A stretch of DNA of 63,513 bases, counting the filler, from Bigelowiella natans CCMP2755 (Eukaryota > Protista > Cercozoa), in the NCBI GenBank assembly GCA_000320545.1. It is 6 parts of 6 records of this genome, joined end to end, with 100 filler letters (N's around TTAATTAATTAA, not from the genome) between each part and the next. Parts side by side here need not be neighbours in the genome. Positions count along the whole stretch, not along the records: positions 9,629 to 22,130 come from ADNK01000905.1; positions 22,231 to 46,417 come from ADNK01000524.1; 4 more parts are not named here. The stretch is one strand, 5' to 3'. This document shows positions 13,684 through 27,423 of the stretch, piece by piece (positions within the stretch are counted from its first letter, which is position 1; every line of letters begins with the position of its first letter). A model generated the notes under the pieces. It was not told the origin of the DNA. It searched no databases and was given only the letters and a program-made list of their open reading frames with translations. The position numbers and the translations under genes were made by a program.

Positions 13684-13717
<34 letters not shown>

Positions 13718-14014
13718 CACAACAGACAGACTCGTGGTTGCTGTGAGTGCCATTGCTCATTGCTGAAGGCGTGCTTGTGATGACGCAGGGCGAAAATCAT
13801 CGACATTCAAGAGAAGGTCTGCTAATAATACATGTTGGTACAACTTGCAGTGCTTATGCATGACAAACTAACCGTGGTGTGATGCCGATGGGGAATGCCT
13901 AGAGTGGAAAAAAGAAAGCAGACGATGGAGCTCAGCTCATGCTTGTAGCGAACAAATACCATGAATATCAATCTTTTTTTCTCCTTAAAGACATGCGCGC
14001 GCGCGCGCGATTAG

Positions 14015-14078
<64 letters not shown>

Positions 14079-15827
14079 CATATTTTATCTATTTACTTGC
14101 ACGTGCGTAACGCGCCCACGATGCTTCACGCCCTTCTCCGTCTTCATTCCCCCAACACAAACAACAACAACAACAACAACAACGAAACGACGAGGAAAGA
14201 GATCAGCACTCCACATTTCCTAGGATAAAACAGGATATACACACACAGTAACAGAGAGATTTGAGGGATGGCATAACGTACAGCTGCAGTCCCAAGAGCA
14301 CGCACACAGGTGCCTGCGAGAAACAACAACAACAACAACAACAACAACAATAACGGCAACAACAACAATATGTCTCGTGAGAAGAGCGGGGGTGGGGGCT
14401 CAAGGCATCGACAACTGGAATGCATCAAAAGATGAGAACAGGTGAATTCTTAGGATGAGGTGAAGGGCTCCTCAGGCTGCTTACTGATGAAATGGCGCGC
14501 GTAATCGTGTGTTTGAAACCCAACGAGATTGCTGCATAAGACTCTGAGGTAGTGAAGAATGGTAATGCACAATTATATGCGTGGGCTTGATGGATTGTGT
14601 TGGACTCAAGCTTTGCGCGTGTATGCGTCGTGTGCTCACAGCTTTGTGTGTGTATGCATCGAAGCGACGAAAATGAAGATATAAGAAGATAGCTGATGCC
14701 ATCGTTATATTCGTCATCATCATTCTACTACTACCCTTCCAACAGCTCTTTTCGCACTGGCAAGACCTACCAAGCCATTACAAATATAGTGCAGCAGATT
14801 TAAACAAAACCAATTCTTTTCTCCTTGTACGGTGTGGTGTGGGGGGACGGGGCATCCTCACATCACTCGTATTTTGTATCATCGATCATCACCCGGTATA
14901 TCTCCGAGGAGGGGAAAGGCACATGTGAGAAGAAACCTGAGGAGCAATACGTGGGGAGGGGGGAGGGGATGTGCGCGTGCATTAAAACATGCATACTATG
15001 GCTGAAAACTCTAAAGATTGACGATCTAGTTTAATGAGAGACAATAATGAAGGAGGGTGGGGTGGGGGGGAGAGGGTATTTTGGGGTCGCCTCTCTACCG
15101 ATGCGTATATTCGGATAAAGCACACGTAGTTTCTGAGAGGCAGAGTAAAGAATTGGACAAGAGAATCGCATGTTGATACGTCGTGCACATAACAAAGAAT
15201 CTAATGAAGAGTGCAGAGCGTATGAAATGAACTAACACACTCCGACGATGTCCCAGAAAGAGCAACGATGATATTTGCAGCTTATTTGACACGAGCAGGC
15301 ATTCGTGTATGCAGCAGGATCAACATCTAATCGATGTTCCTTATGAGCAGTGAGATTTTACTGTTGTTGGTAATGAATGTCTTCTTCGTCTTTTTCTTCT
15401 TCTTCTTCTTCTTCTTCTTCTTGTGGGTAGTATTATTATTATATTTATGTACCGAGGGAAGCAGCATCAGATGATAGTCGTGAATCCATACGACATCACT
15501 GACAGTATATCAATAAATTAAGACAGGTGAGGAATACCACAACCACCACCACCACCACCACCACCACCACCATCATAATGTACTTACCCGTCTCTGTACA
15601 CCTCCGAGACGACCTGACGAATAAAGACACGCAACTGTCTTCTCACAAGCTCACACGCATACTGCCGTACTCATTGCTGCATCTAAGCGCTACACGCATG
15701 ATGCGCTGCGATACATGATTGTGGCAAACATACTACTCAAACCTTGCTGAAGAGAACATTTGCGTCGCAATACGCCACCCATTGCTTCCCAGCCAGCTGA
15801 TGACGATTCATAACGATATATTTCTTC

Positions 15828-15870
<43 letters not shown>

Positions 15871-16822
15871 TATTTCATATTCATGCGCATCCTGTGAACA
15901 GACACTGACAGCACCTTTATGCCTTCGATCGGCACGGGAATGTAGTGAAACAACGGCCTTTGAGAGAGAAGATGAAGTCACACAACAGAGAGCAAACACA
16001 CACTCTATCGGAGATGATCATGGATATAGAGTAAAATCCCTTTCTTACTGTGTATGTATGTGTTTGTGTGCGCACACGCGTATTTCGTACCATAAAACGT
16101 TGTTGCAGAAACCATTGTAGTAGCCCTCAGCTATCTGATATATGCAGCATACAGTCATTATTGTCATGCTATATGATAGAGGCTGCCTGTAGCTACGTCG
16201 CAAGGAGAAAAACACAACACAAAAGATTACATCTCCTGCCATTTTCCATTTTCCTTCACTTTCCACAAAACAACAACAACGACAGTAGGATGAATGAACC
16301 GACCTCCTCCGATAAGAATACAGGATGGCAATTTTGCTTCGCAAGTTCTGCGCGGATCCAATTCTGCTCCGCGGCGTCATCGACTGTGGACCCCACCCAT
16401 CCTATCCATTTCATGTCGTAGAGACCGCTAGCAATTCACCATCAGAACCATCAAATATGATATGAGTCAGGCAGGGGAATCCACATTTCTCAAGAGTTGG
16501 GGGAGAGGGGGGGGAGGGTAACAATAGGGGAGAAAACAATGAAAGAAGGACTAACTTCCTCCTTCCCTTTCTGCCCCCCAAACAAAGGCTGATTAATGCT
16601 TGGAAATATATTTTGAGACTAAATCAAATATGGACGAGTTGTCGTCCTGTTCCACCGCGGCCTGGCCTGTCCAAGACCCTCTCCCCCCCACGATCCGTAA
16701 GTAGACGAAAGAAGAGAGAACACAAAAAGTACAAGAATATCTATCGTCTACACCTGAGATTCTTTAGAGCAGAGACAAGGCCTCCCTACACACACAAAAA
16801 GTACACATAGAATCGAATTAAA

Positions 16823-16890
<68 letters not shown>

Positions 16891-16899
16891 TTTATATGC

Positions 16900-16940
<41 letters not shown>

Positions 16941-17646
16941 CAGTTCGGGAAGTCCGCTTCAGTTTTTTCTTTGTAAGTACGTCCGATATCTTTAGCTTAG
17001 GCTTTTGCTTTTTCTTTTCCTTCTTAGAAGAAGTGGCCATCACGGAAACCGGCAGCCTGGACCAAATACGTTTGAGCTCATGGATAAGTTGAACTTCATT
17101 ACCACCCATCATTCATGTGGCATTTTGTCCGTGCTAGCTACCGGTTGGTGACGACAATAAGCCTTGGCTTGGGGGTGCTCTGTGGATAACCACGATTACG
17201 ACGGCGATAATCATCATTACTACTCGAACCGCTGCTCTCCCTCATCGGCATTCGCCGCCGCTTCCTCTCGCTGTGCTTTCGGGCAGAGCCCGGCTTTCTG
17301 TCGTTGTGCTTCCGGATGGGCCTTTCCGGCGAGAGACGCTCATTCTTCATGCCCTGCGGCATCCTGCAATAATTGAGCTGAGCACCTGATCTGACCGATG
17401 GTAACCAGGGGGCAACTCTCTCTCTCTCTCTCCCCCCCCTCTCTCTCTTTCTCTCGCTCTCTTTTGTTCCGGGGGACTCTGTCACAGATGATGATGTGTA
17501 GATTTAGAATTTATTTAATACCGGATATATCCAAGAAATGAATAATTATTGCATCTTCTATCGGGAAAAAGCGATGGGGAAAAGCACAAATAGCTAAATC
17601 CATCGTGCTTAATCTGATAAATATCCAACCTGACAACATCGGACAT
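9695..17646 (-). CDS. TPS1: Trehalose-6-phosphate synthase (GT20), more than 25 small exons
   Basis: Spliced motifs RLIVVTNR|LPV, GGLVSAL, WIGWVG, YYNGFCNNVLW|PLFHY, DVVWIHDYHLMLLP, GFFSHVPFPSSEIYR, LVGFQTHDYARHF, AFPIGI, LILGVDRLDYIK|GIP, LLQIAVPSR, SVRDGMNLVAYE, LILSEFAGAAQSLGAG, VNPWN and AWANEFI. The last visible exon stops at 9695. Confidence 0.95.
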
Positions 17647-17947
17647 GCTGGGAAAGAAAGAACGCCCATTAAGCGACAAAAACAACAGAAACAACAACAA
17701 CAACAGCAGGAAACAACTCTGTCAGTCTTAAGATATTTCTGGTAATTATTAGAAGATATTTTGTCAATCTCCCCTTCCTCTCCGCGCTTCCGCGAAGCCT
17801 CAAAACCCGCTGGTGAGCAATTTTTGGAGGGTTTCTTGTTATTTTGTCCTCAATATTTCGCCTGCGACATGACTAGTGGCTTGTCGCAAGGTTCGTCTTA
17901 TCCCACTATTCTTTGAGTCGTCCCTCCCCTCTCCACGGGCAGGATCC

Positions 17948-19698
17948 ATGCGGACCCCTGAATCGACTCAGATTAAGGTCCACTAATCTTCAGCCCATGC
18001 GGATAAGCGATGAGAGATGATGGATGGTTAGGTATACTACCCGAGCGTCGAACCGTACACCCTTCGCGACCTCTGCTACAGCGTCCATGAAGATGGCGTG
18101 CATGTCGTATACTTCAACGAACCAAAGAAGTTGAACCGGTGGGGAACAGAACAATCGTGAGCGGTTAACGAACGAAAACTAGCCCCGCCAATCGAAATTT
18201 TTATTTCGAGGGAAATGAGACTGATCGTTCCTTTCTTTGTGTTGTCGTCATACACTGTTGCAGGTGGATGGCTAACACTATGGCTGAGATGGCGCTCGTT
18301 GTTGAGGTACTGAGTGGGAATGGAAAAGCTACACCTTTCGAGACACTTCCGAAGATAGACTACTCATTTATGTCCCTTTTGAATATCAGCACTTTAGGAG
18401 GGCTGAATCAGTGAGGGTAAATCATGATGCTAAAATATTAACTTACATCGAGCTGCTTTCTAACGAGAGAAAACATGTCATCTTCACTCTTAGTATAGGG
18501 AGAGGCAAAAAGCATTCTGTATTCATCCTTCCGGTTTAGCCTTTTCTTTCGGTTAGGTTTTTTCGCATCTATCTCACTACTTCACATCTTCTGACTATAG
18601 GCTGTCGTTTGGACTGGCAAAGTGGAGTGAACCACCTATTATTACAGCACATATGTGCCTAGATGCCTGATGAGGGAGTTTCCTCAAAAACACCACGCAG
18701 ATAAAATTTAAAAGGTTACCATTTATTTGAAATATCACTTACTACAGGGTCGCGCCTTTAGTTCTGGTGCTGCATGGGAAGCATCACCCAAGTAGTAGTT
18801 TCATTACCTTCAATGTTTCAACATGACAACGAGAGGCAGCGGAACGACGCAAAAATACAAAATACAAATTGAATTCTATCCTTCATTCCTTTGCAAATTT
18901 GATCATACGGAATTTTCCCCCTATGCTCGATCACTGAATGCTGAGCAATATCCAGCCCATATAAGACGTAAATGTCGTGAAAACTATTTCAAATATGCAA
19001 TCCCAACCATGAGGCAGAATACAACAAGTTGGGTCAGAATGATGATGATGATAAACGTGATTCCTCCTCCTCCTCCTCCTCCTCCTCCGTCTCTATTGGT
19101 GTATATTTAACTCCGTAGGCTGCATGTCCCTCTACCTGTGGTTAAGGAATATGTAAAACGGGGACTCATGGTTTGCTCGCTTTTCTAAAAATCATGAAAT
19201 ACGCACATACCCCTTGTACCTCTCACCCTCCTTGTTTTCCTGGTTCTTATGCTCTCAGGGAAAGCCACCAATTCCAACCAGCGACGGTATGCTGAGTTTT
19301 AGTACATTGATGATGATGAAGAAGAAGAAGAAGAAGAAGAAGAAAAAAAAGAAAAAAAAATGATGATGAAAAAGAAGAATAAAACGCCGAAACGATTCCT
19401 AAACTAATGTCTACACAAAAATACCTTGTGATGTCGAATGTACTTCTCATACTCGAGTTTTGGCTTCATGCAGGTGCGGATATGGTTCTTAAAAACTTCG
19501 TGCTGTGCTGTCTCAAGTTTCCTAAGCCTTCCATATGCGGTGATAGAGGGAGGGAGAGAGAGAGAGAGAGAGAGAGTTATCAATGGCAATGGCACAAGAT
19601 AGATTTATGAGATTAGCTTGTATTAGAATAATAAGGACATCATATACACTACACAGAATTGGCCGAACGTCATATTTTCAAAACTGAACTTAACTAGA

Positions 19699-19737
<39 letters not shown>

Positions 19738-20135
19738 TTGCATATATGTGTGTTTGGGGGGGACGTTTGATTCTTCAGCCGTGAACGGTCTATCTGTCGG
19801 TGTCGCAGTCAACTTTGCGTGGTTTTGCCACGACTACGTGATTGCTAGTCCCCAAGCTAAATTCCGGTAGTAATTGACAACACAACGATTCTCCTCCTCC
19901 TCCAACATTCCCCATTCCTCATTCTCCTCGACATACCGAAGATAACAACAACAACAACAACAACAACAATAACAACAAGGTATCCTTTCTCTGAATTGGG
20001 CATCGTTCCGGAAGCTTCATCATCCCTGTTGCTGCCTCAATTGGTGCTATAATAGGGAAGGAAAGAGCGGGAGGGGGGGGGAGATCAAAAGACGACTAGG
20101 AGAAGGAGTGCTATAACATGTTCAATATAAACATC

Positions 20136-20176
<41 letters not shown>

Positions 20177-20440
20177 CTCTATCTCCTTACCTATAGCACT
20201 ATAATTACCGTCATTATTATCAACATTATCATCATCATCACCACCACTACCAGCAGCAGCATCCCCGCTAGTCCCTTACTTGTCAGTCTTCTTCCCCCTT
20301 TTCAAACTATTACAACTTCTCATCCTCTTTGGAACAATATTAGGTTGGGCTGGTCGCTGCAAAGAGCATCTTTATCCTCGGCGATTGGATTCCTGCCGAT
20401 GAAGTAATATCAACACGTATAAGGGGAAGAAAGAGAGGGT

Positions 20441-20472
<32 letters not shown>

Positions 20473-21231
20473 TGGGGGGAAGGAGGAGATGGGCTGAGAG
20501 ACATCGCATAGATAGAATCCTGAAGTAAATATGATGAAAAATCACAACGATATGCATACCTGTGCGAACGTTCTCCTTGGTTCTTCTACTCCTCCCTCAC
20601 ATGCAGGCGCACCGACTTGGCCTAGTACAGGAGACTGTTCCTCCGAACGAGCTTCTCAAACGGTAATAACAACAAAAATAACACAAGGGATTGCACGCAG
20701 CAAAATGCTGCAAGGAATCGTGGTGGTGGTCCTCGTACCATCCTATTCAAGTTTCTTTATGCTACTGCTCCTCCTTCTCCTTGTTGTGCCGCTATTGAAT
20801 CGTTAAGGGCTATTGCTGTGGCGAGAAAGAGTGCCCGGAAGAGCCGTGTTTCTGTGGGTTTGATCAAGCAACTGGTAGCGCAGGATTACATTAACGCATA
20901 TAATAATCCCCACCGCCTGAGCACCACAAATGCTACCCACCTGTACTTTTGAAACACGCTCCAATGTGCTTAAAACCCAACATTCGTACGGTAAGAACTC
21001 GCCAGCTGCCGTTTCTTGTCAAAAACACGCAATTCGTATCATCGCCATCCACTTTGGTCATCAGCTACTGGAGAATCTAGGGGGGGTCAAGAGGATATCA
21101 GACGCCTTGGATCGCGAGCAAGCTTACATCAATAAAGTGAGTTCTGTTCGCCTGGCAGGAGGAGGAGGAGGAGGAGGAGGAGGAGGAGGAGGAGGAGGAG
21201 GAGGAGAATGAGGAGCATATCGCTCAATTAT

Positions 21232-21267
<36 letters not shown>

Positions 21268-21440
21268 TAACTTTGTTACCATCCCAGGCGATGTCTCTTC
21301 CGGACTTTAAGGCTGCGATGAAGAAATTTCGCAGCAAACATCACCGAAGGAGCAAAAAGAAAACTAAGGAAACGCAGATGCGTTCTTCATCTAAGAATAG
21401 CTCGTCGCAAAATAAAATGCGGCTTACTTCCAAGCTTTGA
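17948..21440 (+). CDS. Peroxisomal enoyl-CoA hydratase/isomerase (crotonase family, ECI2-like) with C-terminal PTS1
   Basis: Spliced: VVYFNEPKKLN, AVVWTGK|GRAFSSGA, KFPKPSIC|AVNGLSVGVA, AKF|RYPFSELGIVPEASSSLLLPQL|VG, AHRLGLVQE. Ends ...MRLTSKL*. Confidence 0.9.
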
Positions 21441-22034
21441 AAGTGACGTGTTTTTTTATCGGTGAGCAATAGGAAAGTGTGTGCGAGTGCAATAATGTAA
21501 ATAAAGATTTATTATAGATATCACAACAATAAGCATGCAGCGATTGCTTTGTTTGTTATCATTTCATGACTTGAAGCACAGCGATGCGAGTGCGGCTGCT
21601 ATGCGTTTGTGTCTAATGTGCCACATCTAAATGCATGAGCTATAGCCAGGTGATATGACACATACGCAAAGCAAACTCTAATTGCCATCGAATATTTATA
21701 TGTGGCGCATCATTGCTAGATGAAAAAACATCGCATCGAGCATCATCATCTCATCGTGCCGCTGTGCTGGTGCGCCTGATTTGCTATCAGTGCCGAGCTC
21801 GGCCCTTAAATTTTTAGCAGCAAGTGTTGACTAGTTGACCATGTAATGCTAGCAAAAGATTCGATACATGATTGCTACGACGTACGACGTCAGAGCAGAC
21901 GCGTGCCATGCTGGCTCATCACTGTATATGTATAAGTACGTGCGATTAACTTTAAACACAGGCATATACACGCGCGCGCGCGCGCCTCCATAAATACATT
22001 GCCGCATGTTACAGCACATGAGCGATCTAGCGAT

Positions 22035-22111
<77 letters not shown>

Positions 22112-22130
22112 CAGGAAGTTCTACATCGCC

Positions 22131-22230
22131 NNNNNNNNNNNNNNNNNNNNNNNNNNNNNNNNNNNNNNNNNNNNTTAATTAATTAANNNNNNNNNNNNNN
22201 NNNNNNNNNNNNNNNNNNNNNNNNNNNNNN
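22131..22230. other. Artificial contig-joining spacer
   Basis: N44-TTAATTAATTAA-N44. Confidence 0.97.
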
Positions 22231-22392
22231 GAGCAGCATGAGCAGATATTGTGTAGGAAGGGGGCGGGGGTGGGGGGGGAGGGATATTTCTAGTCTGGGA
22301 ATGGGTCAGTATGGAAGAACAAATTATGACGATGATAATGATGATGATGATGGATGATAATGGAACAGGTTGCAGTATTTGTGCTCTTGAAA

Positions 22393-23393
22393 GGGCTACT
22401 AGGGGTGCGCTGTGGGGGACGTCTAACCCTCGAGCAAGTAAGAGAGGCATTGCGTGCGTGCGTGTGTGCGCAAATACGTTTTACCCAGCGAACCACGACT
22501 TGATTCTTCTTCTTCTTCTTCTTCTTCTTCTTCTTCTACTTTTCTATAACCACAACGTCCTTCTGGTAGGTTGAGATCTGGCTTTTAGCGGACCTCCTAT
22601 ACGTGTAATCCCTCGTTTACCATTTTTGCACAGGAACATCTCTCTACAATATGTGATGATGATGATGATGATGATGGTGATGGTGATGATGATGGTGAGG
22701 ACATAATTGTCGCGGAGGTATGTGGAGAAAAGGCTGCGCATTTCTCCCACAAATCTGCCAAAACATCATACAATACAAAAAAATGGTTGAGGGCGTTGCT
22801 CAGCAGCTGTGCCCATGAAGCAACAGGAAGGAAAACCTAGTGTCTTCAGTATTGCCAACGAAAATAAAGGGAAAAGAGAGAGAGAGAGAGAGGGAGAGAG
22901 AGAGATCACAATGAAAACCAGAACAAGTTGTAGGAGTTTATGTGTGTGTGTGTGTGTGTATTTCCTTCCATCACCATAGATACGCGGCGGGCAGCTATAT
23001 GACGCGCAATCCAAACGCCTGGACGACCTTTACAGCGCTCTCCCTCTTTGTAATAATCCAGCTGTCTTCATCCTCCTCCCCGCTTCCCCCCCCCTCCCAC
23101 CTGATTTCTCATTGCTTTCTTCCAAATATCGTTGCCTGCGAGCTCCTCCACTCACGCACTGAAAACACCATGATTAGCTGACCGTGCTCTGGTCTCCAAT
23201 CCGGATATACTGGCTCGTTGAATTGCGCGGATACGATGCGCTGCCCCCCTCCTCTAGTAGTAGTAGTAGTAGTAGCAGTAGCGGTATCAATCCGAAGAAG
23301 AGTGCGAGTATGAGGGATAGCAAGCAACCGCATCTCCAACGACCGGTGTCCCAAACGCACCGCCGCGGGGTGCCAAGCCGACGATTGACGTAG
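22393..23393 (+). CDS. 3' fragment of an unidentified spliced gene
   Basis: AG/GT-bounded open segments (e.g. ~22394-22437) and a terminal open exon ~23179-23393. No family motif recognised. Confidence 0.3.
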
Positions 23394-23682
23394 GAGGTGT
23401 TCTGTGTGTCTAGATGTATAGAAGATAAGGGAGATAGATGGCGGGATTTCCTCCAGAGCATTATTTAGTGAAACTATTATCACGAGCGATGCGCGTATAT
23501 ATGAAGATGAAGACGAGCCCTCCAACAATATGCACGCATATCACACAAAGCTAAACTGCCTATCCGCGCTATGGTGTCTTAAGAAAGCGCTTGCGAGCCG
23601 TCTACCATGTACATATCATCTCTGGATCTAAATAGCTGCAGCTCGCAATCGCTCAGTATCTTATCTAGCGCTGCATGTATAG

Positions 23683-23732
<50 letters not shown>

Positions 23733-23734
<2 letters not shown>

Positions 23735-23900
23735 GGATGACCATTGAAAAAAATTGAACATTTCATATTACATCCGTCTCATATATTGACCAAGGAAACA
23801 AACAGATACAATCTAAGCGCTGTAGCCGCTACATTGCACAGCTACATTAGGATGACCATTGAAAATTTTTAAATATTTCATTACATCCGTCTCATATATT
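23733..23900 (+). repeat. Two copies of a ~50-bp dispersed element TAGGATGACCATTGAA...ATTACATCCGTCTCATA
   Basis: Copies at 23733-23788 and 23848-23900. Related copies at 1456-1495 (+), 7813-7861 (-) and 41694-41740 (-). Confidence 0.85.
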
Positions 23901-24076
23901 GTACATGTATGCTGTGCGCGCGCGTGTGTGTGTGTACTGCTAGCGCGCATCATGTAGCACAGTTGCAGTAATAATCAACACGCCACAAACGGGCGAAGGC
24001 TACTGACTTTAATGGCTTTGCTTGAAAAAGTAAAAGGGTTGCAAATATAAATTGACTGCCAGCATTAGTGCTTTCA

Positions 24077-25112
24077 CTAATCGACAGTAAGTGCCTCTGC
24101 TCTCCCTGCTGCCGTCTCACTACTACCACTACCATCTGGTGGAACTGTAAGGCTGGTTGTCCATATTAGGGGGGCCGTTGTCTTAATGCTCACAGAATCC
24201 GCCGTCAGCACGTTCGACGTACTCACCAGTCCTCCCATCTTCAGCGTCTCGCCCTTTAGGTTCCACTTGAGCCCTTTGTTGTCATCACATTATCCGTATC
24301 ACAATACACATTGATTTCGGCTGCAACAACAGCAGCAGCAGCAGGAACAACAACAACAACGACAAGAAGAGAAAGAAGAAGAAGGAGTGCTAGCACTACC
24401 CATAGTTTCAACTCTCGCAGGCTTAACGACTGGGATGAGGCCGCAGTGGGGGCCAAAGGTACTGCCGGTCAACATTGATGCGATGCTGGCCAGCCCCCAG
24501 AATCTGCACGAGACTCGAGCTACCTGTGGGTTGTGTAGTGATGTTTGAATGATAACAGGTGTTGGTGATGGTGATGGTGGAAACCCCTCAGCTAGAGTTG
24601 TTACAATAGTAGATGTACTTTTTTGAATGGCGCTGTAAAGAGCGAGTGACATACGAAAGATGCCCCAGCTATATGAGGTAGGAGGAAGAAGCTATCGTTG
24701 TCGGTGGCTGGCTAGTATTCTTGCATAAATAGTATATTTCCGTAGTTTCTGCGAGAAGGAATCTACTACTTCAATATCCGCACAACCCCCTCCCATGCTC
24801 CCCCCCCCCTCCCCTTTTTCAAACCGAAGAATGAGTTACCTAACATGACAATTTGGTCGAAATCGTCGATATTCCTAGTAAGGGCGTTGACATTGCCCAT
24901 CTCATGGTCGAATCGGCCGCCCAGCCCGCCGCACAGAATTGCCCGATTTACTCCGTATCGCTCCTAATCATCACACACCCTCTCTATCACCAAGTCACTG
25001 CAACCACACAGCCTGCTATGGTCCCGCGTGCAAGAACATTCGTCATCATAACCGTGATGATAATCACCTCCCCAGCGCCCGTACCAACAGCAATAGCAAC
25101 ACAGGGTGAAAT

Positions 25113-25154
<42 letters not shown>

Positions 25155-25664
25155 GGGGGGGAGGGAGCACAAAAGGAAAGAGCACCTTGACGATTCGAAG
25201 ACTCTTCTCCAGATCATTGGAACCCTTAAGGCAGACATCACAGGTGATATGTACAACAAGTGAATATTATACACACACATATTCATTGATGTATATAATA
25301 GATTTAGTGCTCTGGTGCTAGACCCACAACGATGGCACTGCCTCCTCCTCCTCACATCCCCCGTTCATAAGTAGCCGACCCCATCATCTCTCTATCATAC
25401 TGCAACCTCGTCCTCCACACGGAAGATCTCAACTCCCTTGTCGCGGTAGTAGTCAACGACGTCGGGACGGATGGAATCAAGGTCTCCGCACACGACATGC
25501 GGCACATACTTCTCAGCAACACCTTTCCCCCCCTCCATGTGGGAGAGACGGTACAAACGATTCGAGGCGCCGTCTGCGCACACTGGTTATTTATTGATAG
25601 GATTAAAGTGAACAGAGAATTAAGAGAAGGAGGAAACGTTGAGGAGATATATAACACAAACACA

Positions 25665-25721
<57 letters not shown>

Positions 25722-26360
25722 TCTCTGACTCTTTTCTCCTAATCTATCTGCTTCTACTTCTACTAATACTACTATAGCCTACAGCCTCCTCTCTCCATCG
25801 GTACAAAATTAGATCTCCATATTCGTTCTTTCGTGTACCTATTACGTCTGCCCTGGACCATATGTTACCAAGGAGCCATTCGATCGTAGGATCTATGGGC
25901 GTGTTAAGCACAATCAACGCTGTTCCTTTAATCCTAGCGTCCTCCCCCTTCTCTGGCCTATGTTATATTCAACGAGCATATTTACTGTAATAATCATGTT
26001 GGTGGGAAATCAAGAGCCCTCTTAAACATTATTTTCTACCATAATAACGAAGGAGGAAAAGGGGGGGGGGGGGTTGACAAGGAGTGTAAGAGGAAGGTGC
26101 GAATTTCCACATCATCACCTTCGGAACAGATAGTCATAGGAGTGACTTTTTGTATTGCTGCCCTTATTGCTATCGAAACTCCCGGCTTTTGCTGGGACGG
26201 TGCCACCGCCAAAGAACATTCTCCCGCGCATACTTCGAATCAGCGTCTGGGGGAAGTAGTTGGAAGGTCCCCGAGGTTGGAACTGCCTTGCTAGGGAACG
26301 CACACAGCACGCCAGGCTCCCGGGAGAACTATAACATGGGGACACGGACCATTTACACGT

Positions 26361-26397
<37 letters not shown>

Positions 26398-26792
26398 TTC
26401 ACTATGAGAATCCTTTTCCCCCTTCAATCCTGCAGTGGAGCAGGGGGTGGAAGATCTGTAGTAGTTACCTTCCTGTTCGTGGTCGCAGTCCGTTGGCCAG
26501 ATTCTCCCTGGCCCACGAATATACAAATACAAACGTAAGAGGAATAGAGACAGATCATCACCGAGGCACTCCTCCGCGTCTCGTATGATCTATTCAGCGC
26601 TGCACTGTGAAATGAAAAATAATTGAGAAAATTGGTCTAGATGGATGTTACGTACTTGGCCGCTCGGTTGACGAAAGAAGACATAAGAGCAAAAAACCCT
26701 AATCCACTGTAGCCGAGGGCTCGAAAGAGCATTCCTCCTCTCTGCTGCCGCCGGTAGCACCTGGTTCGGTGGCGGGCCCGGCACCTGTGCAT
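24077..26792 (-). CDS. TPK1: Thiamine pyrophosphokinase with an N-terminal targeting-like extension; apparent +1 frameshift near 24465
   Basis: Spliced: ALIVLNTP, VCADGASNRLY, VCGDLDSIRPDVVDYY, NDLEKSL, GGLGGRFDHEMGNVNAL, GPHCGLIP, GLKWNL...GGLVSTSN...PLIWT. The start codon is tentative. Confidence 0.9.
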
Positions 26793-27423
26793 GGGATGGG
26801 CAGGGCCACGATGGGTTCTTTCTTTCTTTTTTCTTATTTTTCCATCTCGAGACGAAGAAGAAAAAGAAAACCTGATTGCCGATGTTCGTAGCAATATTTA
26901 ACCAGCTTGTCTTCGAATGGTAATCCAAGGGAACTTGGAGCTTGCGACAGCGAACATAGCGTCCTGGAATTGAAAGGTCCAGGGGTTGTAGAGGTATAGG
27001 TAGGGAAAGACGACAAGTCTGGGGTTGTTTGGTGATTTCACCTATTTCGAGCAGAGCGTAGGGACTTTTCGCAACGCAACGCGCTGCAATTACAACCCGG
27101 TGGTTCCACTGGAGAGAACATTCTAAAACGATGCCTCTGAACGAGAGCGCCGTTCGGAAACGCAGTTAAATGTATTGCACCTTGCTATAGCTTGCTGCAT
27201 GAAAGATCAGCCGCTCTTGCCATCAGTCGCATAGAGGAATCGGAGTAAATGGATTCCTTTTGCACGGCTCTTACCTTTCTTCCTTGAGCGAAGGCCAAAA
27301 ATAGACGGCGAACATGCCCTAAGTTCTTTCCTTCGTTTGTCGGGAGACCAATTTCAGCCATCGAATCTCTCTCAGTCACCAGTGAGAACGCAGCTCAAAA
27401 CTGAAGGACAGGCGTTTTGACAG

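Noticed and set aside
23733-23900. CRISPR-like repeat-spacer-repeat
   Set aside because: Only two imperfect copies in eukaryotic context with no cas genes. Treated as a dispersed element.
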